Shown piece after piece: positions 1-9,602 of a stretch of DNA of 22,177 bases (positions within the stretch are counted from its first letter, which is position 1; every line of letters starts with the position of its first letter). The DNA comes from Sulfurimonadaceae bacterium (lineage in GTDB: Bacteria > Campylobacterota > Campylobacteria > Campylobacterales > Sulfurimonadaceae): NCBI GenBank assembly GCA_041548245.1, contig JBFESZ010000028.1:1-22177 (forward strand), in the 5' to 3' direction. The notes below the pieces were generated by a model that saw nothing but the letters and a program-made list of their open reading frames with translations, had not been told where the DNA came from and made no database searches. The translations under genes were made by a program, and so were the position numbers.

Positions 1-1546
1 GCGCATCTTCAAGAGTCTCTCTGTCAAGCCCGGATCGATTGAGCAGACGGTGAACATCTTGTGGTATCTCATCAAGAAGTTCACCATAGGGAGTCACCAT
101 CTTGTAGACAATCGCATTTGCACAGGAAAGAAACATCATTCTTTCTGAGCTGGCATTGAATGGCGAATCACTATAGCGTATGGAGTCGACAAGCTCACCT
201 TCCAGTCCCCAAAACTCCAAAATATCGGCCGTTACAAAGGCGGTGCTCGTTTTTAATAAGGCGACTTCTGCTTTGGAAATCTCATGTGGAACATGACGTT
301 GAAAATCCGTGATAAGATCTTGTGAATGGATCTCCTGGTCAATAAGGATGGAACCAAGGTTTCCGAGTATGGCTGAAGCACTTAGAACGGAAAGTGACTG
401 TTCATCGATCTGTGAATACCATTTGTCCATCAATGCCAGTCTTAAAGCAGATGCCTTTTTAAAGCTCTCTTCATCGATCCCATAAGCATCAAGTCTTAAG
501 CTCCCCAGCTTGTAAGCAAGGTCACTGAGTGTGATCGCCTTGATCAGGCGTTTTCCAAAAGCAGTAACAGCTTGGTTGAGCGAAGAGGTTTTGGTGATGC
601 CATACATCGGCGAGGCCGCTGCGTATAGTATGTTTGCTGCAACAATAGGATCTGCATTGATGGTCTCGATCAACTCTTTAACAGAACTGTCCGGATCATT
701 ACAAAGTGTCGTGATCGTTTTGACCGAACTTGGCAAAGGGTCAAGGCCCTGGATAAAATTATAGATTTTTTGATGAGAGATGACAGAATGGACCTTGGAG
801 AAATGTGAAGTCACGATATTATGAAGCTGACGCTTAAGGTCTTTTGACTGAATCGGCGAGCTGATCGGATGGGTCAAGCCTTGAAGTAAAAGTCGCCATT
901 TTTTGTTGGCCCGCAAGTTTGGTACGGCTGTGATCAGTGCCAAATCTGGCTTTATCTTTAAAAGTTCCAATGCGACATCAAGAGTCTTCTCTTCAAGGTT
1001 CAAAATGACAATGTCTACACTGTTATTGAGTATGGCACCACGCAAGGTATCCAAAGAATCGGTAGTCTTGACAATCTTGAAGATATGACTCAGAGGTGCC
1101 TGCATGGCTGCTGAGCGCTTTAAGCTCCTGTCGGCATAGTAAAGGGTTAGTCCCTTCATGATATCCGTGGTCCTCTCCCCCTCATCGATGATACTGATAG
1201 TGGGAAACAGAGAGTAATCGGCAGGGGTCAGCTCGTCATTGGCCACAAGCTGTGCACACCATATCTTTAGCTGGGAAGCACTTGAGTTCAACCAGTCGAT
1301 ATCATACTGTGTCGCTTCACCTTTATGTGAACGCAGGCTGTTTAAGATGTTTTCGCCTGTGGCCATAAGTTTATAAAGCTCATGCAGTTTAAGATAGGAA
1401 GCCGATGCTTTATAGTTGTGGAAGATACGAAAAAGTTTTGCAGTCGCATCCTCTTTGTCTATTTTCATGTAGAGGATATGCTCATGAATCAAAGGAACGT
1501 CTATTTGTAATCGTTCGGTAAAAATATCAAGAAGTTCATTGTCCAT
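1..1546 (-). CDS. Hpt + degenerate receiver + HDOD domain signalling protein (3' end beyond window)
   Basis: Manual translation from ATG at 1546 is open for 515 codons to the window edge: MDNELLDIFTERLQ...LFRIFHNYKASASYL (Hpt/CheA-P1-like His43)...LTLYYADR...DIVILNL...THPISSPI (receiver-like)...LDPLPSSV...INADPIVAANILYAAASPMYG...SLNQAVTAFG...ILEFWGL (HDOD). Confidence 0.85.
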   Translation of the reverse strand, partial: MDNELLDIFTERLQIDVPLIHEHILYMKIDKEDATAKLFRIFHNYKASASYLKLHELYKLMATGENILNSLRSHKGEATQYDIDWLNSSASQLKIWCAQLVANDELTPADYSLFPTISIIDEGERTTDIMKGLTLYYADRSLKRSAAMQAPLSHIFKIVKTTDSLDTLRGAILNNSVDIVILNLEEKTLDVALELLKIKPDLALITAVPNLRANKKWRLLLQGLTHPISSPIQSKDLKRQLHNIVTSHFSKVHSVISHQKIYNFIQGLDPLPSSVKTITTLCNDPDSSVKELIETINADPIVAANILYAAASPMYGITKTSSLNQAVTAFGKRLIKAITLSDLAYKLGSLRLDAYGIDEESFKKASALRLALMDKWYSQIDEQSLSVLSASAILGNLGSILIDQEIHSQDLITDFQRHVPHEISKAEVALLKTSTAFVTADILEFWGLEGELVDSIRYSDSPFNASSERMMFLSCANAIVYKMVTPYGELLDEIPQDVHRLLNRSGLDRETLEDA

Positions 1547-1615
1547 GGTATATGTTCTCACACAGAAGGTATTTAGTTGTGTCTGTTAGACACGGGTAGA
1601 GGTTTGAAATTGTCT

Positions 1616-1637
1616 AAAAAGAGGGGAGACTCTTTTT
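1616..1637 (-). terminator. Possible weak intrinsic terminator after purM
   Basis: Minus strand reads AAAAAGAG-TCTCCC-CTCTTTTT, starting within the purM stop codon. The stem is AT-rich, so efficiency is doubtful. Confidence 0.35.
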
Positions 1638-2631
1638 AAGACATCTTGACGCATCTCTCTCCTGTTTTCATGGAACCGATGACATATCCGTCGGAACCGG
1701 CAAGAACAGCATCGACATTTTCAGGACGTACGACAAGTACCATACCGATTCCCATATTGAAGGCGCGGTACATCTCCTCTTCATCGACATGTTCTCTTAA
1801 AAGGTCAAAGATCGGCAGAGGACGCAATAATGACTTGTCTACGTCGGCATAGAGATGCTCTGGAAGAACGCGTGGAAGATTTTCAACAAGTCCACCACCC
1901 GTGATGTGTGCCATTGCAACGATATTCTCTTTGAGTGCTTTAAAGAGTTTGACATAGATTCGTGTCGGCTCAAGCAGTACATCGATAAGTGGACGGCCGT
2001 TGAAATCGTCATCAAAGTTCATTCCGAGTTTGTCAAAAAGGACTTTACGAACTAAGGAGAAACCGTTTGAGTGAAAACCAGAACTAGGGATGGCTACCAA
2101 GACATCACCCTCTTGTACCAGTGAGACACGGTCAAGTTCGGATTTTTCTGCCACACCGACAGCAAAACCGGCCAAGTCGTAATCATCTTCGCTGTACATG
2201 CCCGGCATCTCCGCTGTCTCTCCACCGATCAGCGAACACTCTGCCTGTCGGCACCCTTCAGCAATGCCGGAGACAACGGCTGTTGCAGCAGCGACATCAA
2301 GTTTACCTGTCGCATAATAGTCCAGGAAAAATGAAGGTGTACCGAAATTACAGATCAGATCATTCACACACATAGCGACCAGGTCAATGCCTACTGTATC
2401 GTGTTTACCACTGTCAATCGCAAGCTTCAGTTTTGTACCTACCCCATCTGTGGCTGCAAGCATTACAGGTTCTTTGTAGCCTGTTGGAAGTTCATATGCG
2501 CCGGCAAACGAACCAATCCCTCCTAAAACATGTGGTGTAAACGTAGATTTTACGATTGGCTTGATATTATCAACAAAGCTGTTTCCCGCATCAATATCAA
2601 CACCAGCGTCTTTATATGAGATTTGGCTCAT
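1636..2631 (-). CDS. purM: Phosphoribosylformylglycinamidine cyclo-ligase (AIR synthetase)
   Basis: SYKDAGVDI, TDGVGTK, DLVAMCVND, LIGGETAEMPG, HSNGFSL, HITGGG and FNMGIG motifs; GGAG RBS upstream. Confidence 0.98.
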   Translation of the reverse strand: MSQISYKDAGVDIDAGNSFVDNIKPIVKSTFTPHVLGGIGSFAGAYELPTGYKEPVMLAATDGVGTKLKLAIDSGKHDTVGIDLVAMCVNDLICNFGTPSFFLDYYATGKLDVAAATAVVSGIAEGCRQAECSLIGGETAEMPGMYSEDDYDLAGFAVGVAEKSELDRVSLVQEGDVLVAIPSSGFHSNGFSLVRKVLFDKLGMNFDDDFNGRPLIDVLLEPTRIYVKLFKALKENIVAMAHITGGGLVENLPRVLPEHLYADVDKSLLRPLPIFDLLREHVDEEEMYRAFNMGIGMVLVVRPENVDAVLAGSDGYVIGSMKTGERCVKMS

Positions 2632-2666
2632 TGTCTCTCCTAGAGGGTTTATAAAATAGTGATGCG

Positions 2667-2674
2667 ATTATAGC
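2667..2674 (-). promoter_or_regulatory. Sigma70-type extended -10 box for purM
   Basis: GCTATAAT on the minus strand about 36 nt upstream of the purM ATG, matching the Campylobacterota gnTAnaAT consensus. Confidence 0.55.
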
Positions 2675-2755
2675 GTAGTGAAGATGTGAGTTTGTTTAGG
2701 AGGTGATAAATCAAAAAACAGCAGCATTTTTTTGATACTGAAACCTAGGTGACAT

Positions 2756-5257
2756 TCAGAGATGCTTTTTAAGTATGCCAAAGAGCTGCTCTTCGTTAAA
2801 GGGTTTGCTGAGGTGGTCATCCATGCCGGCATCAAGAAATCGGACCGCATCTTCGACAAGTGCATTGGCAGTGACAGCAATGATAGGTGTTTTGGGGCGA
2901 TTCTTCTCTTGCTCGATCCTTCTTATCTCCCGGGTAGCTTCAATACCGTTTTTATTTGGCATGTTCTCATCCATTAAAATGGCATCATAGGATGAGTTTA
3001 TATAGGCTTCTATGGCTTCGTTCCCGTCATTTGCAATCTCATAGCTTATGCCCGTCTCATCGAGCATAAGCTGTATCAACATCTGATTGGTCTTATTGTC
3101 TTCGACGATAAGAATTTTCTTCGACGCTAATGAATCGGTTGTTTCTTGGTCATTGAAGGCATCGGTTTCACTGAATGAAGAGCTGCACGCTATAGAAGGA
3201 ATAGCTATAGTAAAGCGGCTTCCTTCGCCAGGTTCACTGTCGACTTTGATCGTTCCGTTCATGATGCTTACGAGCTGTGTACATATAGCCAGACCCAGAC
3301 CAGTTCCGCCATACTTTCGTGTTGTCGAATTATCTTCTTGTTCAAAAGGCTTGAAGATCCTTTCAATTTTGTCGCGGGAGATGCCAATACCGGTGTCACT
3401 GACTGAAAAGATGAGGGTCTTCTCTTTGGTGTTGTAATCGACATTGACAGTTATCTTTCCCTGAGCCGGAGTGAACTTGATGGCATTGGCAAGGAGATTG
3501 GTCAGGATCTGTCGTAAACGTATCGGATCAAGACGCAAACAGAGTGGAAGATTGCGTGAGAAGGTGGCATCAATGTTGATAGATTTGTTTTTACATTCTG
3601 CATCGAACAGATGCAGGCTATCTTCTACGAGTTCCTTGAATTGGCATGGATACTCCTCTATGGTCATTTTCCCGCTTTCGATCTTTGAAAAGTCAAGGAT
3701 GTCATTGATCATATGCATCAGGGCCATTCCTGATGTTTTGATGATCTTGAGCTTATCTTTAGTCGATGCGTCGGTTCCATGTCGAAGTACGTGATTGACC
3801 AGGCCCAGTATGGCATGCATTGGTGTACGTATCTCATGACTCATATTTGCAAGGAAATCACTCTTTGACCTGTTTGCGGATTCTGCGGCATCGCGAGCAG
3901 CATGCAGTAGCAGTTCGTTTTCATGGGCCTGTGTAACATCTTGAACAACACAATATCCGTTTATTGGTTCGCCTGATTTGCCGTATTCGACCAAGTAGCG
4001 TTCGACAACATGAATGATGGTGCCTTTAGGAAGTTTCATCCGATGGTTGATGGTATCGGTGTAGTTGTCGCGATTCTTATAGACCTTTTGTAATGCATTA
4101 TCGATAAGAGGGTGTTCCTCTTGCGGAATGTAGTTATCTTTAAAGGCATCGAGCGACATCGTTACTAATTCTTCATCATGGTTTACGAAATGTAGTAGAT
4201 CCTGCATGGATGAATCAAGGAACACTCTCTTATCGACGAAATCAATTTGAAGGTATCCAAGCTTTGCAAGTTCTGCCCCATTTTTCATTAAAGTTAAATA
4301 GTGATGTAGCTGGGCATACTGGTTTAGCAGGATGTTGGTCATGAATTTTGCAATGATAAAGGCAAGAACTCCTACGACTAAGATGATCATCAGTATATTT
4401 TGTTGGTAATCCTTAGAAAAGAGTTCATTGGCATCGGGAATAATCCCGATTGATAGCTCTTCTTCGTCATTAACGGTGAAGAGCTTCGTTTGCAAAAAGA
4501 GCTCTTTGGGGTCAAACTTTTTGGCTTCTGGGATATAGCGTGTCCATGAAGGCTGATCAGCATCATTGGAATGGAGAATATAGCCATCCTGGTCATAGAG
4601 ATAAACCTTAAAGACAGAAGATTGAAGTATCTTTGAAATAATGGGCTTGGAAAAGTAGTTGATGACAATCACACCTGTTCGCTTTCCGTCGTAATCAACG
4701 GGAAGTCCGAGTCTCCAGACCGGGTTTAATGGTTGTTCGATTTTCCCATGCTCCATGTTGAGATCAAATTTACTGTGATAATATTGATTGTTTTGAAGTT
4801 TTATACTCTCTTGAAAATAGTATCGATCAGACTTTGAATGCAGTTCTTCAGAGCGATAAAGGTGGACAAGTGATGAGACAGGATCACGATCAACGCGGGT
4901 GATTTCCATGCCATACTGGTCAATATAGCGCAACTGGGTGATATCCTTATTGGCTTCGACGATCGTTTTGAAAAAAGTATCAAGATTAAACCGGTTGAAA
5001 TCGCTTGGGTTTTTCATAAAGGCATTGAAGATCTGGCTGGATCGGATAGAGTATATCAGATCATAGGCATTCTCATGATAGAGAACAAAGGTGTTCTGTT
5101 GATGTTTTAGAAACTCCTTTGCGGTATTCTTCAAGAGAGTGTTTTGAAGACGATGTTCCTGATACGAGATGATGGCTATAACGAAGAGGGTGAAAACAAG
5201 ACCTATGAACAGTGAAAGACGACGGAATCGATTGATCTGCTTAGTTCGTTTTTTCAT
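2756..5257 (-). CDS. Membrane hybrid sensor histidine kinase/response regulator (TM-Cache-like periplasmic-TM-PAS-like-HisKA-HATPase-REC)
   Basis: Two hydrophobic TM segments flank a periplasmic domain (QLRYID...KSDRYYF...DLNMEHG...VIVINY). H-box FLANMSHEIRTP, N-box NLLANAIKFT, DTGIG, GGTGLGL, and a C-terminal receiver (LIVEDN, ILMDENMP, TANA, SKPF). Confidence 0.95.
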   Translation of the reverse strand: MKKRTKQINRFRRLSLFIGLVFTLFVIAIISYQEHRLQNTLLKNTAKEFLKHQQNTFVLYHENAYDLIYSIRSSQIFNAFMKNPSDFNRFNLDTFFKTIVEANKDITQLRYIDQYGMEITRVDRDPVSSLVHLYRSEELHSKSDRYYFQESIKLQNNQYYHSKFDLNMEHGKIEQPLNPVWRLGLPVDYDGKRTGVIVINYFSKPIISKILQSSVFKVYLYDQDGYILHSNDADQPSWTRYIPEAKKFDPKELFLQTKLFTVNDEEELSIGIIPDANELFSKDYQQNILMIILVVGVLAFIIAKFMTNILLNQYAQLHHYLTLMKNGAELAKLGYLQIDFVDKRVFLDSSMQDLLHFVNHDEELVTMSLDAFKDNYIPQEEHPLIDNALQKVYKNRDNYTDTINHRMKLPKGTIIHVVERYLVEYGKSGEPINGYCVVQDVTQAHENELLLHAARDAAESANRSKSDFLANMSHEIRTPMHAILGLVNHVLRHGTDASTKDKLKIIKTSGMALMHMINDILDFSKIESGKMTIEEYPCQFKELVEDSLHLFDAECKNKSINIDATFSRNLPLCLRLDPIRLRQILTNLLANAIKFTPAQGKITVNVDYNTKEKTLIFSVSDTGIGISRDKIERIFKPFEQEDNSTTRKYGGTGLGLAICTQLVSIMNGTIKVDSEPGEGSRFTIAIPSIACSSSFSETDAFNDQETTDSLASKKILIVEDNKTNQMLIQLMLDETGISYEIANDGNEAIEAYINSSYDAILMDENMPNKNGIEATREIRRIEQEKNRPKTPIIAVTANALVEDAVRFLDAGMDDHLSKPFNEEQLFGILKKHL

Positions 5258-5443
5258 CTCTTTAGTTACCTGCTATCCAAATTTGTATAAAGGATGATTA
5301 TAGGCTACAAACTTTAAAAGTTAGATTATATAGGCTTTCACCTTGCTTTAGTGGCTGGAAAATTCTCTCCATAGATAGAGTGAAAATGACGATTATTTTA
5401 AGAGAAAACAGCCCATTAAAAAACTGCCCGCAGTTAAATGCGA

Positions 5444-5449
5444 TATAAT
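5444..5449 (+). promoter_or_regulatory. -10 box for the cdsA operon
   Basis: gaTATAAT about 31 nt upstream of the cdsA ATG; AAGGA RBS follows. Confidence 0.55.
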
Positions 5450-5480
5450 GCGTTCATTATAAATATGTAGAAGGACTTGA

Positions 5481-6245
5481 ATGGATTGGCTTGAGCAAAA
5501 AGGTATTGATCCTCAGCGTATCACAACAGGATTGGCTTTGTTGGCGGCAATTGTCATTATCGGGTTGATCGACAATTTTTTTGTTATGTGGTTGGTCTTT
5601 GGCGGTCTTTATCTGATCGCATTCTATGAAGCAAACAAACTTTTTGGCATTGAAAACAATACCCTATATGCTTATGCTGCTATTTTATGGATAGTGGCAG
5701 GCTTTTATCCCTATCCGGATGATCTGTTCTTTATCGCAGCGGTAGTCTTCGCATCAGTCTTGGCCTATACGCAGGAGTTGAAGTTCAAATATTTCTATCC
5801 CTTTATCTATCCGACAGCCAGTTTCTTGTTTCTGTTGACGCTCTACAGTGAATATGGGACAGTCGCTCTGTTCTGGTTGCTTGTGGTGGTTGCAGGTACT
5901 GATGTCGGTGCGTATTTTGTCGGTAAAAGCATTGGCAAGACAAAGTTTTGTGAGACTTCTCCGAACAAAACGATGGAAGGTGTTGTCGGCGGTGTCGCCA
6001 TTGCCACAGTTTTAGGCTTCTTTGTCGGTATAGGGTTCGTCGATATCGATAAAGCGATTGTCATCTCACTCCTCTCGGCGATTGCTGCAATATTTGGAGA
6101 CCTGTTCGAGTCTTACTTAAAGCGCAAAGCCAATGTTAAAGACAGCGGGAACATCCTACCGGGGCATGGAGGAGTCCTTGATCGTGTGGATGGGTATCTT
6201 TTCTCTGCCATCATTATGCTTGTATTGTTACGGGGACTGGTCTAG
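5481..6245 (+). CDS. cdsA: Phosphatidate cytidylyltransferase
   Basis: Polytopic membrane protein with DVGAYFVG, SPNKTMEG, GDLFESYLKR, KDSGNILPGHGGVLDRVD motifs; directly precedes dxr. Confidence 0.96.
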   Translation: MDWLEQKGIDPQRITTGLALLAAIVIIGLIDNFFVMWLVFGGLYLIAFYEANKLFGIENNTLYAYAAILWIVAGFYPYPDDLFFIAAVVFASVLAYTQELKFKYFYPFIYPTASFLFLLTLYSEYGTVALFWLLVVVAGTDVGAYFVGKSIGKTKFCETSPNKTMEGVVGGVAIATVLGFFVGIGFVDIDKAIVISLLSAIAAIFGDLFESYLKRKANVKDSGNILPGHGGVLDRVDGYLFSAIIMLVLLRGLV

Positions 6246-6260
6246 GTTGAAAGTGCTTTC

Positions 6261-7328
6261 ATGATTTTACTCGGTTCGACAGGTTCCATCGGAAAGAACA
6301 CGCTGGAGATAGCAAGGCAGTTCGATCTGAATATCGATGTCCTTGTGGCAGGAAAAAGCATCGCACTTTTGAATGAACAGATCAAAGCGTTCGCTCCGCG
6401 CATGGTTGTTGTAGGCTCAAAGCAGGATGTGGCAGAGGTAGATCATCCTCATGTCCTTTACGGTGAAGAGGGAATTCTTGAGGCGATCGAGAGTTCAGAT
6501 TCAACTTTGGTGATTAACGCCTTAGTGGGTTTCTTGGGATTACGCCCAACCTTAAAGGCAATAGAGTGTGGTAAAAGGGTCGCTTTGGCAAACAAGGAGT
6601 CCTTGGTTGCTGCGGGTGCCTTCTTGGATACTTCGATGATTCAGCCGATTGACTCTGAACATTTCGGACTTTGGTATCTCTTGTGTGGTGAACGTCCTGT
6701 TGAGAAGATGATCATTACGGCAAGCGGCGGAGCCTTTAGAGACTGGGATCTAAACAGGCTGAAAAGTGCCACACTCAAAGATGCCCTGAAGCATCCGAAC
6801 TGGTCTATGGGGCAGAAGATCACAATCGACTCTGCCTCAATGGTCAATAAGACTTTCGAGCTTCTTGAAGCCCGTTGGCTTTTTGGAGAGGGTGAATATG
6901 ATGCCATTATCGAAACAAAGTCACTTATTCACGCACTTATCGATTTTAAAGACGGATCGACCACGGCGCATTTTGCTCATGCCGATATGAAACTTCCTAT
7001 ATCGTATGCCTTGATGCAAAAGGTCGAAAAACAGGTACTCAGACCGGTGAACCTTTTGGAAGTGGGTTCATTGCAGTTTAAACCGATCACGACAGAACGT
7101 TATCCCGTCTGGGAGATAAAGGATGACCTTTTAAAACACCCTAAGCGTGGAGTGGTTGTCAATGCAGCTAATGAGGCGGCCATAGAGCTCTTTATTGAAG
7201 AGAAAATCAGCTTCTTGGATATATCGAAGAAGATCATTGAGGCGTACAGTCATTTTGATAAAGAGGTAAGCAGTATTGATGAGGTATTTGCCCTGGATGA
7301 AGAGGTGAGAGCTTATGTCAAGGCATAA
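6261..7328 (+). CDS. dxr: 1-deoxy-D-xylulose-5-phosphate reductoisomerase
   Basis: LGSTGSIG, LANKESLV, PIDSEH, TASGGAFR, HPNWSMGQKITIDSA, NAANE motifs. Confidence 0.97.
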   Translation: MILLGSTGSIGKNTLEIARQFDLNIDVLVAGKSIALLNEQIKAFAPRMVVVGSKQDVAEVDHPHVLYGEEGILEAIESSDSTLVINALVGFLGLRPTLKAIECGKRVALANKESLVAAGAFLDTSMIQPIDSEHFGLWYLLCGERPVEKMIITASGGAFRDWDLNRLKSATLKDALKHPNWSMGQKITIDSASMVNKTFELLEARWLFGEGEYDAIIETKSLIHALIDFKDGSTTAHFAHADMKLPISYALMQKVEKQVLRPVNLLEVGSLQFKPITTERYPVWEIKDDLLKHPKRGVVVNAANEAAIELFIEEKISFLDISKKIIEAYSHFDKEVSSIDEVFALDEEVRAYVKA

Positions 7329-7863
7329 AGTACTTATTTTACACGGATGGGGTGGAAGTGATTTTCCGCATTGGCAAGCATGGCTGGCCGGTGAGCTTGC
7401 AAAAGATTATGGAAGGGTCTATTTCCCTCTTCTGGACAATCCTCATTTTCCGACGAAGAGAAGATGGATGCAGCAGGTCAAAGAGATCTTGGCCGAGTTT
7501 AAACCCGATGTGGTGGTCTGTCACTCCATGGCGAACAGTCTATGGTTCCATCTGTGTGAAGAGGCAGAGATAAAGACGGTCAAACGGCTTTTGCTTGTCT
7601 CTCCGCCAAGAAGTGATTTGGATCTCAAACCGATTAAGACATTCTATCCGGCACCCTTACCTAAAAAACTCTTTGCCAAAGAGGTTATGCTGGTCACATC
7701 AACAAATGATCCGTATCTGAGCACGGAAGAGGCGAAAGAGATGCAAATAGCCTTGAGCGTGCCTATGAAGGTCATTGAAGATGGCGGGCATCTGAATGAT
7801 GAGAGCAACTACGGTGAGTGGCCCTGGGCACTCGAATGGGTCAAGAAAGGATGGGGTGTATGA
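7315..7863 (+). CDS. RBBP9/YdeN family alpha/beta hydrolase
   Basis: ILHGWGGS...HWQ N-terminus, CHSMA nucleophile elbow, STNDPY (Asp) and GGHLN (His) triad motifs; 182 aa. Confidence 0.85.
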   Translation: MSRHKVLILHGWGGSDFPHWQAWLAGELAKDYGRVYFPLLDNPHFPTKRRWMQQVKEILAEFKPDVVVCHSMANSLWFHLCEEAEIKTVKRLLLVSPPRSDLDLKPIKTFYPAPLPKKLFAKEVMLVTSTNDPYLSTEEAKEMQIALSVPMKVIEDGGHLNDESNYGEWPWALEWVKKGWGV

Positions 7864-8837
7864 TATTGGCTATTGAAAGTTCATGCGATGACAGCTCGAT
7901 CTCCGTCACAGAGATTAAAAGCAAAAAGCTTGTTTATCATAAGAAAATCTCTCAAGAATTGGAGCACTCCGTCTATGGAGGGGTTGTTCCGGAATTGGCT
8001 TCACGACTTCATGCCGAAGCCTTACCCAAGATACTCGAAGAGTGCAAACCTTTCTTCCACGAATTAAAAGCTATCGCGGTAACGACTGCACCAGGTCTGA
8101 ATGTCACCCTGGTTGAGGGTGTGACCATGGCAAAGGCCTTATGCCTTTCTCTTAATATTCCACTGATTGCGGTTAACCACTTGAAAGGGCATATCTATTC
8201 TCTTTTTATAGAGAAAGAGGCATCCTTTCCTTTGACTGTCCTGTTGGTCTCGGGGGGACACACCCAGCTAATTGAGGTGAAAAGCCTTGAAGAGATGCAG
8301 ATGGTGGCAACAACGATGGACGACAGTTTTGGCGAGAGCTTTGACAAGGTCTCCAAGATGATGGAGCTTGGATATCCGGGTGGGCCTGTCATCGAGAAAC
8401 TGGCAAAAGAGGGTGATGAGAACAGGTATCCTATGCCCTTGCCTCTGTCTCAATCCCCGCTTATCGCCTTTTCTTATTCGGGTCTGAAAAATGCAGTGCG
8501 TTTAATAACACTTGAGTCTGAAGAGAAAGATTACCCGGACATCGCTGCGTCATTTCAAAAAGTAGCAGTCGGACATCTGCTTCAAAAGCTCAAAAAGTAT
8601 TTCAAGTCGACCCCTCCTAGGCATTTTGCCATTGTAGGCGGTGCGAGTGCAAACCTCTATCTGCGCGAAAAGATTGAAGAGCTTCTGAAGCCTTTTGGCG
8701 CTAGATTGACACTGGCCCAATTGCAATACTGTTCTGATAATGCAGCGATGATAGGGCGTATAGCTATTGAGATGTACAATAAGCAAGATTTTACCGCCAT
8801 TGATGAAGTAAAGACCGAGCCACGGACTTCTTTGTAG
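7860..8837 (+). CDS. tsaD: tRNA N6-adenosine threonylcarbamoyltransferase
   Basis: [59 protein letters not shown]. Start moved from the track's 7818 to the ATG at 7860, which overlaps the hydrolase stop (ATGA). Confidence 0.97.
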   Translation: MILAIESSCDDSSISVTEIKSKKLVYHKKISQELEHSVYGGVVPELASRLHAEALPKILEECKPFFHELKAIAVTTAPGLNVTLVEGVTMAKALCLSLNIPLIAVNHLKGHIYSLFIEKEASFPLTVLLVSGGHTQLIEVKSLEEMQMVATTMDDSFGESFDKVSKMMELGYPGGPVIEKLAKEGDENRYPMPLPLSQSPLIAFSYSGLKNAVRLITLESEEKDYPDIAASFQKVAVGHLLQKLKKYFKSTPPRHFAIVGGASANLYLREKIEELLKPFGARLTLAQLQYCSDNAAMIGRIAIEMYNKQDFTAIDEVKTEPRTSL

Positions 8838-8955
8838 AGCATTGCCTCCGTATAGTCTTAAAAACAACTTAGCCAAACATCACTGCATTATAATTAAGAA
8901 TAACGTTATGCGATTTAAGTAAACTTTCGCATAAATTTGAAAACAGGAGCCCAAT

Positions 8956-9459
8956 ATGGCAACTACAATGTTAAAAGGTAATACTGTAAATCTTGCAGGT
9001 AATGAAGTAAACGTTGGTGATAAAGCACCAGAAGTAACTGTTGTAAACTCAGAAGGTCTTGGTGACGTTGTTGTTGGCGGTGCCCAAGGTACTAAACAAC
9101 TTATCGTTGTTGTTCCATCTCTTGATACTCCGGTATGTGCAACTGAAACTCGTCAGTTCAACACTAAAGCATCTGAAATCGAAGGTGTTAAAACGACGGT
9201 TATCTCTATGGACCTTCCATTCGCTTCAAGCCGTTTTTGTTCAGCTGAAGGGATCGATAAACTGACTGTTGCTTCTGACTTCCGTAACAAAGACTTCGCT
9301 AACGCTTATGGTGTTCTTATTGCTGATGGTGCACTTGCTGGTGTGACTTGTCGTGCGATCTTCGCGGTAAATGAAGAGGGTGTGGTTACATATAAAGAGA
9401 TCGTTCCTGAGATCACTGCTGAGCCTGATTACGAAGCTGCTCTGGCTTCTGTTAAATAA
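8956..9459 (+). CDS. tpx: Thiol peroxidase (atypical 2-Cys peroxiredoxin)
   Basis: VPSLDTPVCA peroxidatic motif, ISMDLPFA..RFC resolving Cys, EPDY C-terminus; AGGAG RBS. Confidence 0.97.
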   Translation: MATTMLKGNTVNLAGNEVNVGDKAPEVTVVNSEGLGDVVVGGAQGTKQLIVVVPSLDTPVCATETRQFNTKASEIEGVKTTVISMDLPFASSRFCSAEGIDKLTVASDFRNKDFANAYGVLIADGALAGVTCRAIFAVNEEGVVTYKEIVPEITAEPDYEAALASVK

Positions 9460-9474
9460 TCAAACAACTTTTAT

Positions 9475-9494
9475 AGGGCTTCGGCCCTCTCTTT
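9475..9494 (+). terminator. Hairpin after tpx, probable intrinsic terminator
   Basis: AGGGC-TTCG-GCCCT stem with a cUUCGg tetraloop 15 nt after the stop, followed by a pyrimidine-rich tail (CTCTTT). Confidence 0.6.
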
Positions 9495-9602
9495 AGTCCC
9501 CTTTCGTAAACATTTTTATTTAATTTTTCCTATTGCATTGCTATATTACTGTCCAGAGATAATTTTGTGATAAGATATTTTCGATTAAACCAAGGAGAAT
9601 AT

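Noticed and set aside
1579..1593. GTGTCT-GTT-AGACAC inverted repeat upstream of the Hpt-HDOD gene
   Set aside because: Only 6-bp arms, single copy noticed, no U-tract; no function can be assigned.
5415..5426. 12-mer ATTAAAAAACTG shared with 15210-15221
   Set aside because: Low complexity, and at different distances from the respective -10 boxes, so likely chance.
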